Shown here: in pieces, positions 12,408-25,416 of the stretch | Numbering within the stretch: position 1 is the first letter of the stretch | Layout of the letters: every line of letters begins with the position of its first letter | From: Adineta vaga | Lineage: Eukaryota > Animalia > Rotifera | DNA length: 64,000 bases | Assembly: GCA_021613535.1 (NCBI GenBank) | Contig: CP075492.1 | Location: forward strand, 2,356,001-2,420,000 | Direction: 5' to 3' | Notes under the pieces: model-generated | The model's database searches: none | What the model saw: the letters and a program-made list of their open reading frames with translations, nothing else | What the model was told of the DNA's origin: nothing | Position numbers and translations under genes: made by a program

Positions 12408-13321
12408 TTAAAACAGAAATAAAATGAAGGTTAATATTTATTTGTTTCTATCATCATTTACTATTAATTATAACTATTAATTATCAAATACATCTATTTG
12501 CTCCTGTAGTTGAACGTTTCAATAACAAATTCCTGATGGTATGAATGTCTTTCTTTTCTTATATATATAGTTTAATCTTGGAAAGAATATGCATATAGAA
12601 ATATCTGAATTTATTCAAAAGATAAAGAATAAAAAAAGATCAACAATGCAATAATAAATCCATCGCTGCTATTAAAAGTAAAATATATATTATATGGCTG
12701 TATTCTTTCTTTTTCAACAGAATAAATATACTTTTCGTAAGCCTTTATGATAAGAAAGTGAGCAATGGCAATATACACAGGTGCATAGTAAGTGTCTCAA
12801 TGTATTCTGAACGAATCATTAGATCAAAAATAGTACAAATACTAAAAACTCTTCTTATTCCATTTTATATTAGCTTAATATGAATTTACCATCGAAATAA
12901 GATAATTTTCTACATTTAATGGTAACTATTTCATTACTTAAAATTTACAGAGAGATGTCCTCAAAATATCAGTTCGAAAACAATTGATTAAAAACTCATC
13001 TGTAGAGTAAAAAGATCATCAGTTACAGAGAAAAAGCAATAATATTTGATAGTCTTCAATTCTGTTAGTTAATTGTAGAAAAACAAATTTTAATTCTAAT
13101 TTTACTATCTGTAGTTCCAATACAATGACGTGTTTTGAAAATTTCCATACACATTCTTATATTAATCATGATTACATTTTGGTATGGTTAGATCCAAATA
13201 TTGACAATTCTACGAATGATCATCTTTATTTATTCACTACTCTACAAAAAGTCATTAATAAAATCGACACATTTACTGATGTTGACGAATGTGTAGATTT
13301 TGTCACAGAACGGCAAAACAT
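12408..13321 (+). repeat. Copy A of a long inverted duplication
   Basis: Reverse complement of 63085-64000 with scattered SNPs and one TA indel. Confidence 0.95.
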
Positions 13322-15981
13322 CAATATATTCGTAATTGTATCGAATATCTCGTATGAAAATATAGTACCTATCCTACATACTTTCGCCAACGTTCATTCC
13401 ATATACGTATTACCGGAAAATAAAACAGATTTTACATTACAATTCAATATATTGTCGAAATTGAAGGGTATTTTTGCTGATATAACATCAATGACTGAAA
13501 CTATCAAACAAGATTTTCAAAGATTTGACGAAGAATCGATTCTAGTCAGTTTCATGTCGACAAATGATCTATCAATAAATCAAAACTTGAAACAACTCGA
13601 TCCATTGTTTATGTATACAACAATACTAAAAGAAATTTTATTCAAAGTTGACTATGGTGTACAAGTTGTAAAAGAATTTGCCGATTTTTGTCGAGAAAAT
13701 GCTCATGTTAATGATTATAGTTTGAATACAATCGAGAAATTTGAACAGGAATATTATGAAAGAACACCAATCTGGTGGTATACTTATCCAGGTTTTATCT
13801 ATCAAATGCTCAATCGAGCATTACGTACTCTTAATGTCAAAACGATTGTCAAAATGGGATTTTTTGTCCAAGATCTTCACATGCATATCAAACAACTTCA
13901 TCAAGAACAATTCAGTGAACTATTCAAACCATTTAATGTTTATCGTGGTCAGAGTTTATTAAAAATAAATTTCGATAAGATGATGAAAAACAAGGGAGGA
14001 CTCATGTCATTCAATAACTTTTTATCGACCAGTAAAAATGAAGATATTTCCTTATTTTACGCTGAAGCTGTCTCAACTGACCTAGAATCGGTTAGAGTAT
14101 TATTCAAAATTACTATTGATCGATTAATTTCGTCGACTCCCTTTGCATTTGTAAGTAATGTGAGCTATTATGAAAATTCCGAAGAAGAAATTCTATTTTC
14201 AATGAATGCAATTTTTCAAATTGGTGAAATAGAACAAATCCAAAACCATATCTGGAAAGTCGAATTAACGCAAACTACCGATACAGATCCACAGTTACAA
14301 CTTGTTACTGATAATATCAAAAGTGAAATTGTATCTAACTCTCCATGGCATCAATTAGGTGACTTTATGATTAAAACAGGTTATTATGACGAATCGGAAA
14401 CAATTCACCAAATGTTGCTTCAAAAAACATCATTCAACGATGGTGAAAATCTTTCTCTCCTATACAATCAACTTGGAACAAGTAAACTGAGTAAAAGAGA
14501 ATATAACGAAGCAGAAAAATTCTATCAAAAAGCACTGGAAATTGCGCATAAATACTTGCCTTTAAACCATGGTACTTTACCCAACACATATACGAACTTA
14601 GGAGCAGTATATAAAGATTTGGGAAAATATGATACAGCATTTTCATGTCTTGAAAAAGCACTTGAAATTCGAATGAAGTATCATCCTCATAATCATCCAG
14701 ATTTGTGTCACTGTTATAGTAACATTGGGTCACTGTATCTAACTATGGGGCAATATTCGAAAGCACTTTCATTTCAAAAAAAAAGCGTTACAGATTCAAG
14801 AAAAATATCTTCCCCCAAATCATCCTAGTTATCATATCGCATATGATAATATCGCTTTAACACATGAATTAATGGGTGAGTATCGGGAAGCACTTTCGTA
14901 TTCCGAAAAAGCGCTCGATGTTTGTCAGAAATCTCTTCCTCCAAACCATCCTGACCTAGTTACTACTTACAATAACATAGCTTCGAAATATATGAAAATG
15001 GGAAATTATGTTCAAGCTCTTGCAATCTATAAAAAGGCACTCAAAATCAAACAACAAATATTTTCCTCAGATTCTTCCGTTTTCACCTCAAGTTACCAAT
15101 CAATCGGCTTGGTATATCCTATGATGGGAGACTATTCAGAAGCACTTAACTATTATCAAAAGTGTCTTGAAATAGAAGAAAAAACTCTTCCTAAAGACCA
15201 TCCAGATTTGGCTCTAACCTACAACAACATTGGCGTAGTATATAGATCAATTGAAGATTATTCTAAAGCACTATCATTCTTTAATAAATCGCTTGAAATT
15301 CGAAAAATATGTTATCATCCAAAGCATCCTGATTTGACCAGCACATACCATAATCTCGGTTCAGTGTATGATGCCATAAAAGATTACTCAAAATCACTTT
15401 CGTTCTACGAAAAAGCACTCGAAATTAAAATGGAATCTTTGCCCGAAAACCATCCAAATTTAGCTTATACTTACAATAATATCGGCGCGTTATATCTAAA
15501 GATAGGTGAATACTCTAAATCACTTTCATTCTACGAAAAAGCTCTTGAAATAAATCAGCATTGTCTACCTTGGAATCATCCATTCTTGGTTAAAATCTAT
15601 GATCACTTAGGTTTTGTATGTATGCAAATGCACAACTATCCAAAGGCACTTTCATACGTTACTAAAGCACTCGACGTCCGACAAAATGACCTACCTCCAA
15701 CCCATCTAGAACTGGCTGCCACTTATAATTTTCTTGGCGAGATACATGATACCATGCAAGATTATCAGAAAGCAATTTCATTTTACGAAAAAGCTCTTCA
15801 GATCGGACTTTATTCATTACCAGAAGATCATATGTTGGTGCAACATTGGCAGTACAACTATGAAGAAGTTTTGAAGAAGGTTGTGGGTGTGGATATATCT
15901 CCTTCACACCCACACCCACCCACCCCTCAAGATCCTTTGCAAGAATTAATTTTAATTGTTTATGCCCAGAAAATATGTTAA
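13125..15981 (+). CDS. ADP-ribosyltransferase (R-S-E type) with TPR array; frameshift in the A9 run near 14776-14784
   Basis: VYRGQ, FLSTS and EEEILF catalytic motifs; 42-aa TPR repeats (HPDLA.TYNNIG); the two ORFs join across the homopolymer. Confidence 0.85.
15880..15933. repeat. Junction element inside the 3' end of the ART-TPR ORF
   Basis: GTTGTGGGTGTGGA...TCACACCCACACCCACCCACCCCTCAAGAT, translated VVGVDISPSHPHPPTPQD. Confidence 0.85.
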
Positions 15982-16527
15982 GGAACAAAAAAATAAATGA
16001 ATCGTATTTATATGTAAAGATTGAATTTTTCCTATGCATCGTAATATATTGTTATTACGTGTAAATTAGTGAGATAATGTTGATTTTGTAATATTTTATT
16101 AGAACAATTTTAGGCGTTAAACGATCAAATCATATCGGTGATCCTATGGTTCCTGTACACATAAGAAATGTTATTAGATAGTTTTCATCATCCGCACATG
16201 TATAATGGGAGTGTGACGTATAGGAATATTTACATTACAATAAAGAACACAAAATAAAATAGAATTGTTTGACTCATAAAATATAGGTTATTTTGTTTTT
16301 GGGGATTTTGCTACGTTGCTCTCCAAACACGAAGATATGATGCTGTGTTTTATTTAGCTTAAACGTTATCAGATGGCAAAATAATAATGACAAGTCATTC
16401 TTTAAAGATAAAAAGCATTATTGCTGAAAGGCCCATACCTTTAAATAGTTGTGCTATAACCACATCAATAATATTTCTATCATTTTATTTTTATAGTGGT
16501 GGAGAAAAGATTCCCAGTACTGTTTTA

Positions 16528-17669
16528 ATGAAGTATCTTATATTTGTCTTGATTATTTGCATCAGTGCATGTAAGTAATAGAAAACGTTGTATTTAAATA
16601 CACAAGATATTATAATTTATTCTAGCACACTCTTTCTTATTTAATATTCATAAATCGGAACCCACATGGGAGACATTTAGGGTAACGTGGGGTCCAAATC
16701 CTTTTAGTAAACATTATTATGTTAAACAACCTCTGACTGTTACTGAAGCTAAAAATGAAGGTTTCACTCAGATTTCTACTCAATGCAATGGTGAATATCG
16801 AATCATATCTATATTTCACTCGTTATTTTTGTTTTATTATTAAAGGAACATTTCTTGGACAACGTTTCATAAAAGGCAATGATATTGGTGTCATTTTGAT
16901 TTATGATATTCGTGGTACCCTTGCGGGAGTACAAATGGCAGTAAGTTTTTTTCACTAGGATACTTCTATGATTTTCATTTCATTTGGAAGCTTCCTGTCT
17001 CAATGGCTAAAAGAGACCTTTATAAATTCGATACTGTGAAAATGTTCAATCGAGATATAGTTGCAGGTATCGATGCCTATGTTTTGACAGCCTACTTTGT
17101 TGATCCACGTTCGATCTGTGGATCAGGCCGAGATGCAGCTCTTCTTAAAATTGAAGGTATGGGTACCGGTCTTTGGTTACAAAATGGATCTGATCCTATT
17201 ATCAATTCGGTTCAAGCACCATTGTATGAAAATAACGTCAATACAACAAAGTGGGTCAAAGGTTCATGTTTTCCATCAATGGGTATATTCACTATTTTGA
17301 TCAAAAAGACTTTATTTTAATTCATCTGTATTTAGGCATGCATTATTGGTATGACAATCGTGTTGATAAAGAATGTGACGAAATATTTCCTGTTTTTCTT
17401 CTGTACAACAAAGGTAAATTAACAGGACTCGGATGGGGTCTTGCAGGCAAATATGAATATTCAAATCGAACAGAACCTGTACCTTATAACGCAGTTTCAG
17501 TGAGTGTCAAAGATATCTTTTAAGAAACCTTTTATCTATTTTTATTATCAATTTTTAGTCATTTATGCGAATTGTACCAACTTGTTTGAAATCATACTAT
17601 GATAAAGTAGGTGGATTTACATCAATACATCTTTACTTCAATACAGCACCATGGAATCTTCTTTGTTAA
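16528..17669 (+). CDS. Secreted uncharacterised protein, about 6 exons
   Basis: Signal peptide MKYLIFVLIICISA; spliced segments LGVTWGP, YVLTAYFVDP, CFPSMG|MHYWY, PVFLLY; GT-AG introns. Confidence 0.7.
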
Positions 17670-17787
17670 AGAAATATTTTCTGACTATCAATAATGAATT
17701 TTTAAATAAATCTTGATTATATAGTATCGCACTGTCAATGCCCAGCAGACGACAAAATGATTAGTTAGTGTTTGATTAGTTAGTGTT

Positions 17788-17811
17788 CACCCCACACCCA
17801 CACCCATCCGC
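17788..17811. repeat. Junction element, C-arm only, between convergent genes
   Basis: CACCCCACACCCACACCCATCCGC preceded by a 15-bp tandem duplication. Confidence 0.7.
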
Positions 17812-17874
17812 ATTTTATTATTCTTATAAGGTGAACAATTATGTTGTGTTTATGTTAAAAATAATTGAAAATAA

Positions 17875-19438
17875 TCAGAGTGACATTAACAGCCATACTG
17901 ATAATTCAGAAACAACCATAAACAATAATAAACAAAAGAAGACGAAATAGTTTAAGGCGCTGCATTTAGCTTCTATGTCTTTTTTATTTTTGCTTTTCGT
18001 TTTATCTTTATTGAAATCAGCTTGACATGTTTCGCATCTGTTGCAAAAGTCGCATTTTGGCGTCGTTTCCTGGTTTGTTTCGTCAATTCGGGTATTGTCA
18101 GTAGCATCTTTTTTCATAGATGTTTCTTTTTCAACAGAAGTATGCAGCTCCTTGTCAGTGCTTTCAACTTTAGTCTGCCGTCGAAAACACGACGGAAATA
18201 ATTTCTGACAAGAAATACATTTAGTTTTTTGAATACCTGTTACTTGTGTACTTTCTTTATCTTCTGATTTCTTGAACTCACCATTCTCAACAATAGTATT
18301 CGTTATTGTTTTATCTTCCTTTGGTGGTGGAAAGCAACAACGAAATACATTTTTTTGCAATAGTCCAGAAAAAATATAAAGTAGTTTTGGCATTTCAGCT
18401 TTTGATATAAAATGATTACATACGACAAACCATACCATTGATAATAATGTCCAGACTATTGATAACAGAAAGTATAACGTGATCATCATTAAATATTGGG
18501 ATTGTTGTGGAAATAGATTCGAAAAATTCAATGAATAAACAGAATATGTCATAAAACATGTCATACCTAAATTGTAAATAGTAAATTCCATCGCGTCTTC
18601 AAAAAAAGAAAATAATCTCCTTACATAAACCAATTTGTGATCCAAACGGTAATGTATATGATAATAAAGTAACACAATTCAAAATCAAACATGCAAATAT
18701 ACCATTCATAATGAAAAATAATGGTTTTCTTTTTAAAGACAATTGTATTTTTATTACATCATTAGAAATATCTTCAAATGGTGTTCTATCTTCTGCTTGA
18801 ATTATAATCATATCTGTTCCACTCAATTTCCATAAAGGATGTTCAACATATTCACTAGTATCAATTACTGTATTCTTTTCTTCTGTATATATTATTCTAC
18901 CTGATCCTTGGCCCCATGATGTTAAACTAATACTGCACAATTGTTCATCGAAGGGAAAATATCGAACATAAAAATCACATCTTGTTTTCACCGTTAATGC
19001 TGGTAATATCATATACACTTGACCGGAATAATTAACAGATGCCAAACTATACGTATTCACGGTAAAATAACCACTTGTATCAGCTGAATTCAATATCATT
19101 GTATCTGGTATCCATAAACTTGTAACTGGAATCATCACTACCTGAATATTGTTGTTTGAACCACTTGGTGTCCATGACAATCGATCGTCGTACCATGTTT
19201 GTGCAATAAATGAACTTGATGTCATTATTTGTTGTTTTTCATCTATAGACACAATTTGTTTTAGCTGAGCAGTGAGATCAACTGATACTGTAGTATTTGG
19301 TCTTATATTTTTATTGTATCCAGTTAATAAAGTTGTTATCAGTGTTTGTTCTGCTAATTGTCCAGCTGGCAGTGATCCACAATCACAAAAATAGAATAAA
19401 TAGCTTAGCAGAATAACAATAGCTAGTGATTTCATCAT
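17875..19438 (-). CDS. Cys-loop ligand-gated ion channel subunit (nAChR-like), intron approx 18568-18625
   Basis: Signal peptide, GYNKNIRP, W.D.RLSW, LWIPD, Cys loop CDFYVRYFPFDEQLC, four TM segments. Confidence 0.9.
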
Positions 19439-20743
19439 TCTAAGCTATTTCTGTGTGAAATCTGCTTCAAATGTATGGTCGTCTAAATTGTCGAGAAAAA
19501 TATATTCACTCGGATAGAAACTTTGATTTGCTTCAAAATTAAAAAAAAATGAAATAATTTTTAATTCTATTTTCGATTTGAAATCTCCTCTCTCGATTCG
19601 TCATTGTTTGTAGCTAACATCCCTATCGAATGGTATCAACTACTACTAGTTCAAAGACGTTCTGGAAAAAAAAGCAAGTCTCTTCTAAATGCCTAAAATA
19701 ATAGGAATAAATAGATTTTGAGTTCCGTATGCTACAGTATAAAAAAAATAGTTCGTCCACATGAAAAGAAACTGTTTAAAAATTTTTCATAAAATATCAT
19801 TTAAAAATTATGGACATTTCATAGGAACCTTTATTTCGCCTGGAAAGATAAGAGTTGTATGCGTAGAATATAAATAGAATCACTCAGTTACCAACAAGCA
19901 TTCATCCGTACACTATTTGAATACTTTCTATTACTCAAAAATGGCCAACTCACATCATTATGGAGTCTATGTTCTCATAAAGAAGAAACAGAGTCAAAAT
20001 AGCGTTGATTGAAATACCTTATTAACGACACAAGAAGTCCTAATCTTTCGAACTCCTAAAGCAACAAACAGAATTTTAAAGCGCGTCTTACTTTTCAGTT
20101 TTCTCCATGAAAGAGCGCTCACTGTGTACACCTAAATAATAATTTCAATAGTTCTCAGCATGGCTCACAAATCTGCGACGCTAATATACTTTTAAGTTCA
20201 CTCATCACATACACTATTTTGTTCAGATTTCAATGAGCCTTATTATTGGTTTTCAAAAAAGTATTTTTCATCAAAATGTAACTCATTGTATTCTCTATTG
20301 AATAGTATATGAACAAGTTTTTAGGACTTATCTAGTAGCAAAAACATTAACAAAATATTAAAAGTGCCTTAGAATTTCGCCTACAACAGTAAAATGGTAT
20401 ATAAAATGAAAGAAAATACAAATAAAAAAACTTAAAAGTACGTTAGCAACGCAGATTTGTCTCTCGTTAAATCTGTCGAAATCATTGTTCGTATGTCCAT
20501 TAGGAGTATTTTTTCTCAGTAAAAGCTAGAAAATAAAAGAATGCATTAAAATTTTGTTTACCGCTTCATCTTGTCAGAGTAAGTGCTTTGAAATGAGAAA
20601 AAGCAAGCGATGACTGAATGGTGTCGTTGAAATAGAAAAAATATTCTTCTCTTTTTGCGTTTTGAATCTTTTTCAGGTCAACAATATGTTGCCTTTATAT
20701 GAGAGAGGGACGAAAAAGATGATCCTTAGTGAGATTCGAACTA

Positions 20744-20757
20744 TACACCCTCAAGAT
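20744..20757. repeat. Minimal junction-element end
   Basis: TACACCCTCAAGAT. Confidence 0.45.
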
Positions 20758-21198
20758 GACTCATGGTCTCGTTTGAAATCATGCAACTATGTGTGTTTTA
20801 TAATGGAGTATTCAACCAACTAATACATAGTAAAGCATTCATGAATTGTAAGTACCATACTGTAAGGACATCTTTTGGCAAAAAATAATCCTTTCTGTAA
20901 TTAAATTCTTAAAAGTAGGTTTAATAGACGAAGTTACCAGAGGACTCATAGAGTTACTCAAGGTTCGGCTTTTTGACATATCTGGCGGTTTGAAAGTCTC
21001 ATTTGATGGGATTGTATGTATATGGGATAAATAGAAGAGAATATAGAGCTTTCTTGTGACCAATCGGGGACTTTTTGATAATTTTAATAAAATTCCCACT
21101 GACTCATATTTCTATTCATAACGTTAGTATAAATATTTCGTATTTCGAAGTTGACAATACGCTGATTGAAATCTCACAGAAGAACAAATATTTGAGCT

Positions 21199-21960
21199 AT
21201 GGATTGCGATCGAATTGATAATCCTTCATGGTTTAGCACGAAAGAGATTGAACCAGGAATATATTTAACAACAGAAGATTATTATTACGCGGGTAATCGT
21301 TCGAATATTTGGCTAATACGTGGAACACAGCGAGATATACTTGTTGACACTGGCCTTGGAGTTTGTAATTTGAGAAAACATTTAGAAAAAATAAAGCTAT
21401 TAGATGAAAATCGTGAATGTATTGTTATTTGTACACATTCACATTTTGATCATATTGGTGGTGCACATCATTTTGACAATGTTCTTATTCATCAAGACGA
21501 TTATGATGGATTATTGAATGGTGATGTATCAGCGACATTGAACTGGTCTCATTCATCACATTATCATGATAAACCCTATCCTAATTTTATAGCAACTAAA
21601 TATAAAGTACCACCTACCAAGTGCACATCTATCACAAATGGTCACCGAATTAATCTTGGTGACGATGATGAAATACAAATAATTCATGTACCTGGTCACA
21701 CTCCTGGTAGTATTGTTTGTTATCATCCAAGAAAACGAGCACTCTTCACTGGTGATTTTGTTTACGAATGTGGACATGGGAGTAGTCTATTTGATTGGAC
21801 AGCAAGAGCATCGATTCCTGATTATTTAAAGAGTGCACATTTTATGATTGATTGGTTGAACGAACATGAAATAGATAAAATCTATCCGGGACATTATGGC
21901 ATCATGAATGCACAACATGTGCAACAACTATTGAAACAATATATTGATTCAAAAAAATAA
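21199..21960 (+). CDS. Metallo-beta-lactamase fold hydrolase (MBLAC2-like), intronless
   Basis: VDTGLG, THSHFDHIGG, PGHTPGS, LFTGD, YPGH. Confidence 0.9.
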   Translation: MDCDRIDNPSWFSTKEIEPGIYLTTEDYYYAGNRSNIWLIRGTQRDILVDTGLGVCNLRKHLEKIKLLDENRECIVICTHSHFDHIGGAHHFDNVLIHQDDYDGLLNGDVSATLNWSHSSHYHDKPYPNFIATKYKVPPTKCTSITNGHRINLGDDDEIQIIHVPGHTPGSIVCYHPRKRALFTGDFVYECGHGSSLFDWTARASIPDYLKSAHFMIDWLNEHEIDKIYPGHYGIMNAQHVQQLLKQYIDSKK

Positions 21961-23674
21961 ACAAACATAGTTTGCTTCATCCCTAATAAATACGATAAAG
22001 CACTGATAACTATTTTTAAATCTTCATGCATCTTTTTGTTTTTTTTTTCAATATTTTTATTTTATTGTTATTCAAATTAGTAGTGAAACAAGAACATAAA
22101 AAGCTTCTAGTTATTTTGTTTTCATTGATGTATATTTATAACTGCTAAGCGAAAGAGATGATAGAATGCATGACGTACGTGTAAAATCACATATACATAT
22201 ATGTTCTTGTAAGTCTTCGATTGAGAAGAGCATATGCGATCGCTCGTAATTGGTGTTTAGTTCGACTCATGATACATTAAAATTTGGAGATTCTGATAAT
22301 GAATTGTTTGAGGATTGTACGTGCTAGCTGGTTAGCAAATCTCAACAACAATTCATCACAAAGTAGAGCTAATGGTGGTAAGATCACGAAACACTGGTTC
22401 AAATTGGTCGGAACAGAAGCACTTTCGTTGAATAATTGTATAATAAGAGAAGGACTCCATCGCACTATAAACGCGATAAAAGTACATCAGTGTGAAGCTA
22501 GCACCACGAAACTAAGAGTTTTGTGGTGCTAGTTTCACACTGATAATATAAAAGACGTTTTTAATATATCTTGTATACACTTAAAATTCATATTGCTTAG
22601 CAGAAAACTATGACGACTCAAAAATACTCACTTGATAAGATAATTGGATAAAAAAATGTCGGATAGAGCAGAATTAGTCAAGTCAGTCTTTGACGACTAT
22701 AAATAAAAACGCAGAGTACTCATAATTAATGAGAGATGAATCAACATCATAGAAGATAAATACACATAAAAAAAAGATGTTTTTCTCTTTTGTTTCGTCA
22801 CTAAAAAACATTTGTTCTGTAAACTTATATAGTGCATTCTTTTTAATAGAGCATTTTTCATAGAAACCTTATTTATCATCCTTCATTGTCAAAAATTGAA
22901 ATGTGTTTATGCAAGCGATAACTTGAATAGAAAACGAGCGTCAACTCCTATTATTTATGCCGAGTTGCTTTGATTAGAAAAAATACTTTATAATTCAGTA
23001 ATACAAGTATATCTGTAAGTGTAGTTTTCTTTTATGAATTTTTGTTGCTTCTTGGTAGTCCAGAGAAAACATATTCAACTTAGAGTTATAGCTGATCTAA
23101 AAGTCTTTCTAGACTGCTAAAAACCGGTAAAACCACACAGCTTTTACAGTCGATGAAACGGATATTGTATCTGACATTTTTTCTGAGTATATGCAAATTT
23201 TACATTTTTATTCTCAAAAATTTTTGTTTTTAATCGCCTTTTAATCTATTAAGCGATTAATATACTCGAAAGCATTATTTCGATGAGAACAAAGATATCA
23301 TTTTACTAAACATTTCGTCGTTAAAGTAATAGACAAAGCTATATAGATTACGTTGTTCAGTCATAAAAAGACTCGCATAGAAAATAAATTATAATGAGAT
23401 GCCGTCTATCGATTTTCTTCTCTAATGTTAATAGCAAAACATATCTGAATGTGCAACTTCTTTTGTGAGATCGTTACGTAAGAATAAAGAAAAAAAGATG
23501 TGAATGTGTACTTTAAAATTAATTGCAACTGTTGTTTTCAAAGAACTAGCTGTCTTATAGATGCTTGTCTATAAGAAGAAAAAGAATCAGTATTAGTCGT
23601 TATTTTAGTTGTCAGATTTAAATATTCTAGATACATTCATTCTTCGTGTAATATTTAAGTAATTATTTAACATT

Positions 23675-25297
23675 ATGTCATTATCACCAGAGGACACTGC
23701 TCAAATTAATAAAATGGTAGAGACACAAATTATATTTGTCCAAGTTTGGGGTTATTCTATGATTGGTTTTGGTTTAATTGGACATATATTGAGCATTTGT
23801 ATTCTCACACGTTCAAAACTTCGTTCAAATCCATGTTCATATTATTTTTTAGCATCAACAATTAGTGGTTTATGTGTTGTGTGTATCAATAATTCTGTGC
23901 GTATTATTCAATATAGTTATCATATTGATCTTACTACATACTCAAATATATCATGTAAAACTATAACATATATACTGCATTTAGCACGGTAATAAATATT
24001 AGTCTAGACATTGGATTTATTTCTTATTTCTTTCTTTAGAGGACAGACATCATGGTATATTGTTCTCGCTTGTATTGATCGGTAAGTATTATTATAATTG
24101 AATAGAAAATATCTCTTTCATCAGAGAAATTCTTAAAATTTATTATTTATAATTAAAGATTTTTCTCTTATGTTAATAATAATCTGACTCTCTCAGTCTC
24201 CAGTTTGTCATCAGATCTGTGTACTTTTATTTAATACTTATTTCAAGGTTCACTTCTCTTAAAATTAGTCTTCTGATAGAATCTGATATGTTAAACTATA
24301 TAACTCTCATTCTATTTAAAATGCACTTGCTAATGTGTACTGTAGTTTATTGGTAAACTTATAGAAATAGACACGCTTAACTTAGAACATAACAGGCATT
24401 TATATACCAAAGAATCACATATCTTATCAATGTGTTATAACACTTTTTGTATAAAATCCGATTGATAGTGATATTTAGATCGATTTTCGTATCTTCTTTC
24501 GATATTTTATTCACCAATTAATAAGTTACTTTATTAGTTCTTATGTAAAAAACAATAGAATAAGAATATTATATAGACAAGATTTCGCATTTAATTCTCT
24601 ACTATGAAATTTTCTTTATTATTATTAGAAAATTCATTTTCTATTCCATAGATTTTTATGCAGCTCCTCATCCACCACCTTACGTGCATGGAGCAATCGT
24701 CGTATGTCTATTCGCACTATTTCAATCTCCACTTTCATAGGCAGTCTATGTTACATACATATACTCATTAACAACTATATCGTATATCCGCTTGGTCTAT
24801 GCTTTACAATACAAGGTGTCTATCAAACATTTGCAAGCATCTGGTTTTTCATTATATTCAGTGTAGGTCCATCGATTGCAATGTTTCTCTTTGGTATGTT
24901 AACTATTAGAAATGTTCGTAAATCAATGAGAAGAATTGGAATAACTGACACTCAAACTCAACCTGAAAGAAATAGAAAAACGACAGATCGACAGTTGACT
25001 CAGATGATGTTTGGTCAATGTATAATGTATCTCGTCACAACATTGCCTTATTCAATTATTAATACTTATCTCACATTTGATTCAAGTATGAAATCAAGTG
25101 CACTTCAAACAGCAAAATATAATATGTTATTGAGCATATCTGGTTTTATAAGTCTGTTCGTTCCATGTACAAGCTTCTATATGTTTATATTATCAAGTAA
25201 AGGATTTCGAAATGAATTATTTCAGTTATACAAAAATCGCTTTCGAATGCAACAAGAATCTATCAATAATAGAATGCAAATGTCGCAAAGACACTAA
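23675..25297 (+). CDS. Rhodopsin-like GPCR, 3 exons (approx 23675-23988, 24040-24081, 24652-25297)
   Basis: GLIGHILSI, LRSNPCSYYFLA, VLACIDR|FL, DRQLTQMMF, SFYMFILSSKGFRNEL. Confidence 0.85.
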
Positions 25298-25416
25298 ATG
25301 TATGTGTAAATCGAAATAGAAGATTTTTGTATGAAATTGATTTGTTTGTACTTGACTATATTATTTAAACAAAATCTATTCTTTTTCTTTCTCGATTGAT
25401 ATTGTGATGTATATTA

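Noticed and set aside
20720-20800. tRNA gene suggested by GTTCGAATCTC on the minus strand
   Set aside because: No A box or cloverleaf could be built.
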